A stretch of 63,973 nucleotides of DNA, counting the filler, from Hausera hauseri (lineage: Eukaryota), in assembly GCA_046269625.1 (NCBI GenBank). It is 9 parts of 9 records of this genome, joined end to end, with 100 filler letters (N's around TTAATTAATTAA, not from the genome) between each part and the next. Parts side by side here need not be neighbours in the genome. Positions count along the whole stretch, not along the records: positions 7,256 to 12,501 come from JBJURY010300168.1; positions 12,602 to 19,518 come from JBJURY010051774.1; positions 19,619 to 27,518 come from JBJURY010886512.1; 6 more parts are not named here. One strand, written 5' to 3'. The translations under genes were made by a program, and so were the position numbers. The notes beneath the pieces are model-generated. The model was given only the letters and a program-made list of their open reading frames with translations, had not been told where the DNA came from and ran no database searches. Positions 12,419 through 23,795 of the stretch are shown one piece after another. The first letter of the stretch is position 1. The number at the start of each line of letters is the position of its first letter.

Positions 12419-12501
12419 ATGGTCGAAAATCAAACAGTAGAGCAGAAGTTGGACATTTTAACATTAAAATCCCTGAATCTGCCGGCGTATGATGGAGACC
12501 C
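12419..12501 (+). CDS. gag: family B gag N-terminus (cut by the gap)
   Basis: MVENQTVEQKLDILTLKSLNLPAYDGDP; LPxY/FDG is typical of Gypsy Gag N-termini; lies downstream of the PBS. Confidence 0.6.
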
Positions 12502-12601
12502 NNNNNNNNNNNNNNNNNNNNNNNNNNNNNNNNNNNNNNNNNNNNTTAATTAATTAANNNNNNNNNNNNNNNNNNNNNNNNNNNNNNNNNNNNNNNNNNN
12601 N
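12502..12601. other. artificial contig linker
   Basis: N-run with TTAATTAATTAA. Confidence 0.97.
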
Positions 12602-15600
12602 ATGATATACTCACCAAGAGAACCTAAGAATATTGAAACTAGATCGACAGTTTGGGACAACCCAAGGTTAAAAACCTTCCAACATATTGAACTGCATATT
12701 AACAACCGGGAACCGCTAATTAGTACTCATAAAATGGAAGAACTGCTTGTAGAAAATAATGAATGATATCCAAACGAGGAGTTAAGGCAGTTGTCGGAAA
12801 ACATAATATCCGCCCCAGAAGTAAGAATAAACGGACACAAAATATCAGTGACTAAACATTCGAAAGTTGCATCAAACTGTTTTGCAACCGTGATAGAAAG
12901 AAGACCTTTAGCCAAAATCATTATTGAAAATTGGGAAGTTTATGCGCTAATTGATACGGGTTCCGAAATGTATTACATCAGAAATGATTCAGTACGTCAA
13001 ACGCTAAGAGGACAGTTATGTTCGCCGTCTACGAAAGATCCAGGCAGTACGGGAGCTTTTGGCCAAACGTCGAAACCAATGTTTAAATGGAACAAAGAAG
13101 TCCATTTAATTGGACGAACATTTCGGCATGAATTTGCAATCATGGAACATTTAACTAATGATGTCGTTCTAGGATGCGATTTATTGAAAAGGCTACCAAA
13201 TATAGCAGACGACTTACAAACAGGAAGGCTAATTGAGATTAAACCGAAAAGGGGCGTGAAGAACGCTAAGGATAGAAAATTCGGGGAAGTGTGGATACCA
13301 GTAGACAAGAACATTCCGCCGAGTACGGAGATAATAATGTACGCACAGATTCAGAAAAATGACGATCAGCCAGTATATTTTGAGCCAAGGGAAACGTTAA
13401 ATCCTTATATAACACTCAGTAATGTACTAACAAAAGTACACTCCGGTCGTGTACCAATTAGAATAGCTAATAACGCGCAGACTCCTGTCAAGCTCCATGC
13501 TTATACTACTTTAAGAGACACGTATAGAGTATTGTCGATAACTATCGAAGAAAAACCTTATAAATATGCTGAATTTCCACCTCACGTCCAAACCAAGTTT
13601 TTACCTGAGTCTTACTGTCGGTTCTATGAACTATTGTTTAGATATAAATCGATTATCGCTAAGGACGAGGAAGATATAGGTAGAGTGAAAGCGTTAAAAT
13701 TGACTGCTCCGCTTAAGAAAAAGCCTGGTTCGAATGAAGAAATAGATCTGGAGGGTCAGAAGATGCCAAAATGGTACTTTCCACCACATTTATTAAGGCC
13801 TGAAATAACTAAAGAAGTTGAACGAATGCTTAAGGCAGATATAATTAGACCCAGTTACAGATCCTGGTACTCGCCTATCCTGATGGTTAAAAAGAAGGGC
13901 ACTACGAAGCACCGATTTTGTATCGATTACAGAGCTCTAAATAATCTTATGATAAAGGATTCTTTCCCATTGCCATCAGTGAAAGAGGCATTAGACCAAC
14001 TATCGGGAGCAAAATGTTTACCACTCTGGACTTACAATCCGGATATTGGCAAGTGGAAATAGAGGACGAAGATCGCTACAAAACGGCGTTCAAGACACAT
14101 GATGGAGTGTATGAATTTAACGTTATGCCGTTCGGTATTACTACTGGACCGGCCATATTTACGAGAATGATGAACAAAATGTTAATGGAATTGGATCATG
14201 CTTTTGCATATCTAGATGACGTAATGATAGCATCAAAAACGGAAGAGGAACACTTAAAGGATATTGAACATACGCTGATGCGTTTGGAACAAGCCGGCCT
14301 AAAATTAAATCCAAAGAAATGCACATGGGCTCAAAATGCAGTATCCTACCTTGGCCATATAGTTGGAGAGGGAGGATCCAAACCAGATAAGTCGTTGTTG
14401 AATAAAATATCGGATTAAATAGAACCACAAAATCTGAAAGAGTTGAGACACTGGTTAGGACTCTGCGGATATTACGCAACCTACATACCAGATAACTCAA
14501 AGATTAATGCGCCTCTATATTGTCTGCTTAAAAAGGGATTAAATGGAAATGGACAGACGTCGAACAGAAAGCCTTTGACAAGATGAAGAAGATATTTACG
14601 AGCGAACCTGTTTTACGGTACCCGGATTTTAGCTTACCGTTTATAATTAAGACAAATGCCAGTAAGGAATGTATTGGATATGAGTTAGCGCAGAAAAGAG
14701 AGGATGAAGAATTGGAACATCCGATTGCTTATGGAGGCCGTTCTTTGAAGAAAGCTAAAAAAAACTATTCCGTTACCGAGCTAGAGACTCTAGCCGTGAA
14801 AGAAGCACTGCGTCTTTTTAATGTGTATGTTTACGGTCAGAAAATTATAATCGTCACCGATCATAAGGCCGTTACAACCTTAAGAGCTGAGCAAATAACC
14901 TGACATGCAGACTATACAGATGGATCAAAGAAATCTCCAGATACAATATCGAATTCCAGTATAAGCCGGGAAACAAACATGTAGACGCTGATACACTATC
15001 GAGATTAAAGACTATGACAAGCGCAATCATTGTGTTGAAGAAAGGCCAACTTGAGGAAATAATAGACCGCCAACGCGCGTTAACTATATATAAGGCGATC
15101 AAAATTTCAAAAGAACAGAAAAAGGGTAATGTTATCCAGCAGATTATAGAATTTGCTAAGAAATATGTTATGCCAAAAGGACGACAGTTAAAGAAACATT
15201 TACACAGATATGAACATAAATACTGCGTCTTAAATGACGGGAACGAAGGAGGTATTCTATATTACGAAAGAAAAGAAAGGAAGTTGATAATTATTCCAAA
15301 GAGCTTACGAACCAAAGTATTGATGTCAGAACACGATTCATACTTAGCCGGACATATGTCCTGGAAAAAAACATTAGAAAGAACAATAAATAAATATTTT
15401 TGGCCGAGTATCTATATCGATGTAAAAAATTGGATAAATGCTTGCGAAGTATGTGCGACTAAACAAAAGAAAACGAAAAACTACATGGCGGAATTGAAAC
15501 CAATTAATGTGCCCGATAAATCCATGCAAGCTATGTCAATGGATATCGTAGGGCCTCTGCCTACGACCCACAAGAACAATAAGTATATCTTAACGTGTAT

Positions 15601-16390
15601 TGATTGATTAACTCACTTCGTCGAGCTGATAAAATTAATTGATCAAAAGACAGAGACTTTAGCAGAAGCAGTAGTAAGAAAAATTATTTGTCGATACGGG
15701 CTCCCAGATCAGATACTCACGGATCGAAGAAGAAATTTTATTAGTGAACTTTTCGAGAAGATTACCAAAATATTTGAAATCGAACGTTTAACAATTACTG
15801 CATATTATCCTCAGTGTAATGGAATGGTCGAACAGATGAATGCTACCGTCATACGTATATTATCAACAGTAGTCGCGAAAGATCAAAAAGATTGGGACGA
15901 ATTTTTGGTAGGAACGCAGTTTGCAATTAATACCACACCACATCCAGCGACAGGATTTACACCATTTTTTTATGATGTACGGACGTGAAGCCGTGTTTCC
16001 CACAGATTTTGGAATGATGCCATACACAGTCAGTTCCAAAGATTTAGAACAGAATTTCCCAAAAGTATTACAAATGCGGTTGCAAAAGTGTTGGGAAATC
16101 GCTAAAGAACTATCCCAAGAATATCAAGAGCAGTTTAAGAAACAATATGGTAAGAAAGCAAAACCGCATGATATAGAACAAGGGAATTGGATTTACGTAC
16201 ATTATCCGGTAGCCAAAAAGGGAGCCTCACTAAAATTGACTCGTACGGGTAGAGGACCATATGAAGTCACCAGAGTCACACCAACCACAGTGCATATGAA
16301 CAAAAATGGAAAATAAGAAATTGCGTCAATACAGGGAGTTGTCAAGACAGAAATACGACCCAGCAAACGTTATAATTTACGTCAACGTGA
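12602..16390 (+). pseudogene. pol: family B pol copy B2 (PR-RT-RH-IN)
   Basis: ALIDTGSE, RFCIDYRALN, LDLQSGYWQV, YLDDVMI, NYSVTELETLAV, HDSYLAGH..CEVC, MDIVGPLP, GRGPYEV, KRYNLR. Confidence 0.95.
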
Positions 16391-16399
16391 GGTAAAAAA

Positions 16400-17832
16400 T
16401 TCATCAATAATTACTAGACCAATATCATATGTTCAGATAGCCTTAGTATTATCGTTGATTGCCTCTTACATCCCAAAAATACAAGCACAATGATGGCACG
16501 ATAAATCTTCGTTAGGAGATATATAAAATTCGGAAAAGTGGATCAAAATCGGAAGTAGTCGAATCGGAAAAGAAACCAACAGCCGAAGAAATTCGAAAAC
16601 AAGAAGACACCAAATTATTACAATCATTGACAATCCACTATTATTCAGCAAACTCCGTATGCGTTGGATTTAAGACTTGAAAACCGCATTACGATTTCGG
16701 AAGGTTTCAAATTGTCTTGCTTGACTTAGCCACAAAAGCCACCAAAAATTGTGATTTGAAACTCGGAGAAAATATTCAGTGCTGCGATATAGATTTTGGA
16801 CACACGTATAACCTCACCTATCGTCTATACTTACCAGATTCATCTGAAGTTTATATTGAAACAAAGCCACATTCTCAATTAATCATTCTCGCATGGAACA
16901 AACATTATGAAGTAAAACTGAATGAAATATTACATTCTACGGACCCAGATATAAGAATACTAGACGAAAATATCCAGAGAATCGCTGTGAATAAGGACAA
17001 ACAATGTATTCAAGTGGACGCTAGAAGAGGATTAACCTTCAGTCAAAAAATTAGTATCACGTTTGAAGCAACAGTTGGACCGACTCCGAAAATAGACTAT
17101 TGTTCAATTCGAGCAGGCGTGCAAAACCCATGCTGTAAAATACCCGTAAACCAAGACTTCAACATAAGATTCGACCTATATGAAGTACGGCCTAATAAAC
17201 CAAGTATACAATTTTGAACTTACTACCCAGAAAATAAAATTTGGAAAATTTCGGCAGAGACAACTACAAGAAGACCGATAACTCAAGTCAATACCATTAC
17301 GGCAACCGTTACGTTGGCCAGTGTGCCGGATAGAGTATTAGAAAGCATTCCTATTAAATATTCGGTATATCGGTCTAAAATCGTGTTCTTCGTAGAAGGA
17401 AAACAAAACTACAATGTATACATAAATTGTCGGACGACGTATAATAATCAAGTGGTGACGCTATTTAAAAATACTTATCAAACAGAGTGCAGCTTATTAA
17501 AACCACAAACCGAATATATAGTACAAGTATTTGCAGAAAATAAACAAAATCAGAAGATTACATTGCAAACTTTAGATGCAATTCGCTCAGAATCCCATAC
17601 ATACGAGGACATAGATGAGCAGACCACAAATCCAATCACTACACAAGCTCCAATGGGATTAACTACGCTACCAATTGCACCTATCTCCATACTGTCAACG
17701 TTTGTTCTAATTACACTAATTGCGATTTTTCGACTAGTCACCAAAAACTGTTGTTCTAAGAGTCATAAAAATTCAGAATGGGAACTAAGGGAATTGGCGA
17801 ACCCCGTAGACCCATATGATAAGATAACCTGA
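16400..17832 (+). pseudogene. FN3-like type I membrane protein (B2)
   Basis: Homologous to 7445..8791; CSLLKPQTEYIVQVFAEN fits the FN3 LxPxTxYxVxVxA consensus; TM segment and PYDKIT* tail. Confidence 0.78.
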
Positions 17833-17841
17833 CAATTACGG

Positions 17842-18487
17842 ATGAGGTTATTCTGTCATCAAACAAAGAATTGGTTTTGGTTTAAAACCATCCTTTGTTT
17901 TAAGATTAACCTTTATGTTCTTTTGTTCAGATTGGTAAGTACTCAGACCCAGATGGAACCAAGCCGAATTAGTATCGACGCCAAGGAAGTTCCGAGCCGA
18001 CTTAGGATCGATACGGAGGAAACGACCAGTCGACTTAGTATCGACGAGTTCTTACAGAAATATGTGACAGTCCGGATCCCAAATTCAAAGGCCGTCTATA
18101 GGCAAATTAACACCGAATTACAAGGGAAGAATTCTGTTTCATACGGGAAAGTTGGCGAAATCCTAAACGGTTTGAAAGGAACGACTGAGGAGGCCAGAGC
18201 CGTATATTTTTACGCATGGAGGGAAGACAAAGATGCTAGGACATACCCCTTTAAACCGATCGCTCAATATCAACCAGATAAAGAACAGACGATATATGTG
18301 CATTTGGCAGACGGGGAAATATACTATCGGCTGAAGGATCAAAAATGGGATTCTTTCCAAGGAAGGCAAAGCCGGTTTAGTACCTTTGTATTTAACAGTA
18401 GGAACCTCCGACATCACGAATTGGAATTTCGCGTAGCTGCACGGCCAGTAAAAATGATGATCAAAACAACGGAGGAAGAAACAATGA
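17842..18487 (+). CDS. accessory ORF N-terminal domain (B2), truncated before the exonuclease-like domain
   Basis: IYVHLADGEIYY and ELEFRVAARPVK are shared with B1, B3 and B5. Confidence 0.65.
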
Positions 18488-19518
18488 CTGTCTTGACTGT
18501 TTTGACATCATTTCTATTTAAGTGATCTGTCTTTTTAATCCCGGTTAAATCGAAAAATGTTTCTCTTACTCGTTTTCTCTGGTTTATTATCCTAGAGTAT
18601 GTTTCTTCCCGAATATTCTCGAATCGAAACTTCGATTGGAATCTCATACCCATAATCACCTTCGCCTTGATTTATAGCGATGATTTGTACATTACGTCCA
18701 TCTTGGAATAGTCTAAAAGGCTGATCTAGTTCTTCCTCCTTTGGATATTGCTGATATTTAAGGTAGGTAACTGCATATAGGGTGCTTCTTCATATGTAAC
18801 CTCAAACATGAGCTTTATTGGCAGTGCAGTTATTCGAAATTCCAATTCGTAATTGTACAGATCTCGGCTGCTTAAATAGAGAGTGCTGAAACGATACCGT
18901 TTCCCTTTGTTAACATCCCAATTTTTCCCCATTATGCGGTAGTACAATTCACCTTCCGCCAAGTGGATATAAATCCCTCGGTGGTATACTGGTTCATATT
19001 TAATCATATTTGTTAAGGAGCATCTGAACTTTGTCTTATTGCATAAAAGCCTCTAGTCCTGTTTTCTTCGGTTGTACCTTTCAGGTGATTGGGGATTTTA
19101 TTGGTTTGATTGAACTCGACTAATGTATTTTCATGCATTTCAGTAGTAATTTGTTAATTTGACAGTAGATGGACTTCGATTGTGGTATCAGAACTGTTAC
19201 ATATCTGTCCAGGAAATCATTGATATCGCATTCCTTGATATCGTTGTTTTCGGCTTTCATCGTCATAGCAATAGTTACGCTTCTAAAAATAAAAAAATTT
19301 AAGGTTAATCCTAAAACAGATCATTTTTCGAAAATAGAACTAATTCTCTGTTTTCTTGGTGGAATAACCTGATTTGTAATTATCAGGAAATTTCATCATA
19401 GGTTTCGTCTCGGGGTGCCATTACCCTTAATTCTCTTCCTTCGATTTTATGACGCTTATACTGGCAATTTTTGGTAACTAATCGAAAAATCGCAATTAAC
19501 ATGATTTGTGCATATAAT
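18488..19518 (-). mobile_element. family B copy B3, inverted: membrane-protein tail plus accessory/exonuclease-like ORF
   Basis: Minus strand reads LIAIFRLVTKNC..TYDEIS*, then IYIHLAEGELYY..ELEFRITALPIK and FDLTGIKK. Confidence 0.8.
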
Positions 19519-19618
19519 NNNNNNNNNNNNNNNNNNNNNNNNNNNNNNNNNNNNNNNNNNNNTTAATTAATTAANNNNNNNNNNNNNNNNNNNNNNNNNN
19601 NNNNNNNNNNNNNNNNNN
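19519..19618. other. artificial contig linker
   Basis: N-run with TTAATTAATTAA. Confidence 0.97.
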
Positions 19619-20573
19619 TGACGAAAAAATTTTTCGTCTTTTCTCTGCTTGCTTCTCTGTTAACGTGCAGATTTCCGATTTCATATCACTGGTGTAATCG
19701 CCAGTAAGAGAACTAGAAGATTCCATATCAATATATATTTATATATATATATATAATTGACATTATTCAAACAAATTATCTCATATTTTCTAACTATTAC
19801 CAACAAAGAAACACATTCATAACATTTAGCAATAAAGCTTTGGAAATTTTGCAGTGTTGCATATTCGGTACATCACTGGGTAAATATTTCAAGATACTGT
19901 CTTTTTCAAAAACTAATGAACGTAAGATTAATGTGCGTAACGGACAACTAAATAAATAACTACAAATATATAAATCATGCTTTAAGCGATATATAAACAT
20001 TAAGCTAAAAAGCATTTTTGGCACGCTGTCAGTAGTCTTCAAATAATTTTTGCGGAAACCTATATCATAATTTGTTTAAATAAAATTTTTGAATTCTTAA
20101 GCGTTTAAGAAAGAATGTAATGCTCAATGTGTGCAATATTGGCAATTTTCAATTTCTTCTCAGATATAAATACTGCGACTGTATTAACATTTCATGCAGT
20201 TATATAAAAATGAATATTATAACTGCTGAGCTTATCATAAAAGTCACAGTAATTGATATTTAACTTTTACCGACACTTAAACAATAAAATTTGTACCAGA
20301 TTATTTTATAGAACAATATTTGTTGAATAAAGTCTTGTTGTAAAGATGTATGGATAAACTTTTGAAACACTAAGATTAAAAATGTAAATCTTAAAAATAT
20401 AAATATAATTTATATCGACATATAAACCAATTAAAAACTACATAGAAATTAAAGTCAACATAATTTTTGTCTCGAAATAAAATTAAAATACACACGTGAA
20501 TATACACGAATCTTCAATTGGGTGAAATTGATTTTTTATGAAAAGAATTCAAATACAAAGTTTCTAATACACA

Positions 20574-21534
20574 ATGGTTAGTTCTTTTATATACCATCTG
20601 TTTTGTTTGTATGGCATCCAAGGTATACCATATGGTATTCAGTCAAGATTTCTACCAGTCTTTTTGCGATCTAAATCGTACTCTTTAACCGTTCTAGGAT
20701 TATTTAAAATACTTTACATTCCATAAACCTTGAAAACATTTTATGCTCCGGCCATTGATTTATTTTGGAATAAAATCGGATGGCTTAGGTTAAGTGTATT
20801 TTTACTTTTTTTAAATGCCGTTTTTATGTCACTGATAAATTGTGACTCGAGTTTTTTACTGATTTGTTTACTATTTACGTTCAATTTTTTCTGTGCCACC
20901 CAAGATGTTGCGTTGGACGGGATAATGAATGCAAAACTAACGCATGGTGAATTGGCAATAGGAAATATTGCTCAAGTTGTTGGATACAAATGCGGTGGTA
21001 TTGTTGGAGGTGGTCTCTTATTGTTTCTGAGTTATTATTTTGATTGGCATTTTTTATTCCTTTTAATTTCGGTTTTTTATTTTGCTGCATTTTTGTCGAC
21101 GTTTTTGTTGGATTTTTCTATCAAAGACAAACAATATGGTGGTATTTTTAATTTCAAAGAGTATTTTTCGCTTTTAAAGTCTAGTATTTATTCCGATTTT
21201 ACAATAACGGTTTCTGGATTTGTATTTATTTATAAATTGGGTGAACAAGGTGCATTAGCGTTGCTGCCGTTGTTTTTATTTGACAATGGAGTCAACATGA
21301 AGGATATCGGATTTTGGATCGGAATTGTTGGTCAGTTGGTGTCGATTTTCGGTTCATCATCTGCTTCGGTGTTTATGAAAAAGTAATGTTTATTTTTTCT
21401 GATTGTTTTTGATAATTTCTCCTTAAATAGAGGATTCTGGAATTCTTTATATTCCCTATCAATTACCAGTGTTATTTTGCATGTTCTCATTCTTCTGATG
21501 GTCGCAAATTATTCTACCGGTGGTGTCCATTTCT
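20574..21534 (+). pseudogene. MFSD3: MFS transporter MFSD3/AmpG-like, exons 20574-21382 and 21431-21534, one in-frame TAA
   Basis: LYGIQGIPYGIQSRFLPVFLR, ATQDVALDG, GNIAQVVGYKCG, YKLGEQGA; 48-nt GT..AG intron 21383-21430 restores frame; next donor GTAAGT at 21535; TAA at 20724 where Trp is expected. Confidence 0.8.
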
Positions 21535-23602
21535 GTAAGTAAGATCGAAACTTCTGCTATTTGTGGTACTTCTTCATTATCCCCCATCAATGTAACACAC
21601 CCGTAGCAAATTAACAACAGACGTTACTGTTAATTTATTCAGTCAGAAAGGAAATTTCAGTAAATAAAAGTTGAAGACATTACATAAAATCTAAATAAAT
21701 ATAATTCTATAAATAATTTCAAAACTGAAAATGTCTAACAGGAAAATTTACATTAAACATAGGAGGTTAGTTAAAACAACCGACGTTAATGAAAATAAAA
21801 TTGGGCACGGTATGGAAGGTAACATTTTACTTGCCAACATCTGTGAAAATCAATAAAATTGAAATAATTTTAAGGCAGATATGCAAAATATAATTTATTA
21901 TTTTTCCAGTTAATAAACATACATTTATGTAGAGAAACACACAATCACATACAGACACACACAATTTGGCATGCAGACACACAGACAAGTTAAATACACA
22001 CATGATTTTTCGTGCATTTAATGTCATACCTAAATTTTTTGGATATTGCCAATTTTACCATTACTATCATCTTATTTAAAGGTAACGAACATTTTAATGA
22101 AAATTTAGATATTGTTTTTAACAACTTTTACGTTGAATAAACACTTCAACTAGAGCAAACAAACTCGAATTTAAAATTGATCAATAATTGACTCTTCTTG
22201 ACGAAAGAAATTAACAAACAATGAACCATCCCCAGTGATTCTAAAGAAAATTTATCTAAGATTGATTTTTGTTTAACAATTTAATCGAACCTTGTCTTTT
22301 TCTTTATCTTGGAAATGGATTTTTATTTATCCTTAATTTGATTTAATGCGATTTTATTTGTTCTTGTTTCTTTTGTGTACATCAAAATAGTATATATACG
22401 TAAGATATTTTGGTGGTGAACATAATTTTGTATTGACGATACTTATCCTTGTAACTATGAACGGTTATGTTGATAATTGCAAGTTTCTTTTGACCTATAT
22501 CCATCTTTATATTTTTGATTGTTTAATTTTGGTTCGTATTATTCTTTTATCTTTTCAGTTAAAATGGTATATAATACCATTACTAAATAAAGTATATATC
22601 ACAATAAGATTATAAATAACCTAAATTTATGGCCCATACCTTGGTATTCTGTCTCTTAAGGATGCTTGTTCAAAATCTCATAATTAAGGGGAAGAAACGT
22701 CAGTGTACATCCTGACAGAACTTATTAAGGTTAAATTACGTAAGTAAGTTGACTAGCAACCCCACAGGTTGCTATTTAAACAATTAATTAAGATTAAGTT
22801 TGAAGTCGCGAGATCAAAATTCATCTCTGATTGTTAAACATAACATTTACATTGAAGTTCGATCACATATGACTGTCAATACAAAACGAAATTTCATGTC
22901 AATCACAAAATATCGATGAAATCTCATCAGAAAATGATTAACAATACTCAAAAATGATTTTGAAACAAAAATTGGTTCAAAAATGTTGATGAATAGTTTT
23001 TTGAGATTTCTTGGATTTTGATAGTTACATGATAGTTTTGACTGGTGTTTTATCATGCGTGTTAAGGCTTTGAAAACAATTATTAAAAACTAAACAAGAA
23101 CAAAGTTCTGGTAAAGTATATCAAATTTAAACATAAAACGTCCAATAAAGCCAAAAGTAGCTTACATTTTTGCGACAAAATAATTCAGTTGTGTTGCTAA
23201 AATGTGATATCTAAAAAGAAATGAGAAAAAAACACTTAAAAAAAGAAAAGTAATCAAAAATATAGGTATGCAATTAAATATATGTTGACATTAACGACAA
23301 TAAAAGCTGTTATTTTGTTGGGAACATGCTGTGAAACTGTGAGTCCGTGAATTCCACAGATGCTCATACTACTTCAATTTACTGTAGAGAACTCTTACTT
23401 AGATTGCTCCAGTTATTTGTAAATAACAGTGAAAGGTACTATTCCCCTGGGTCCAAGAAGACCCATACTGGCGTCATAGCGTACATAGTTGACGATTTGC
23501 TGCATTTTACATTTTATGTTGATCAAACGAGTAAAAACCAACAACAATAATGTCATGTTTACAAATTTCTAAACGAAACGTGTTTATAAAAAATGTACGT
23601 TC

Positions 23603-23795
23603 TGTTATATATTAGGGTGGCCCTTAACTCTCTCCCCTTATATATAACGTAAGTTACTCTGGAATTTAAATAACTAAAGCAGATTCGGTTTAACGTTATC
23701 GTTAAACGAATGTGCACAATGTATGAATATTTCGTGCGTGTGAAATGCGTGCCGTATCCTGTGCACAAGTTTTAAAAAATCTCGTATCTATTGTT
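23603..23795. repeat. dispersed repeat, probable LTR terminus, homologous to 56114 onward
   Basis: TGTTATATATTAGGGTGGCCCTTAACTC..CCCCTTATATATAAC and TAACGTTATCGTTA.ACGAATGTGC are shared with 56114-56300. Confidence 0.7.

Larger units (their letters stand above)
7256..12501 (+). mobile_element. family B Gypsy-like element copy B1: integrase C-terminus, accessory region, LTR, PBS and gag start
   Basis: Begins RGPYEV..KRYN (GPY/F integrase tail, homologous to B2 and B5), followed by membrane protein, exonuclease-like and RING ORFs, an LTR-like segment, a PBS and LPAYDGDP. Confidence 0.85.

Noticed and set aside
13280-13540. Possible dUTPase between protease and RT
   Set aside because: Lacks dUTPase motifs; resembles the beta-rich spacer common in Gypsy pol.
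20724-20726. Alternative genetic code (stop reassigned to Trp)
   Set aside because: All three stop codons occur at Trp sites, sister copies have TGG, and frameshifts co-occur; decay is the simpler explanation.
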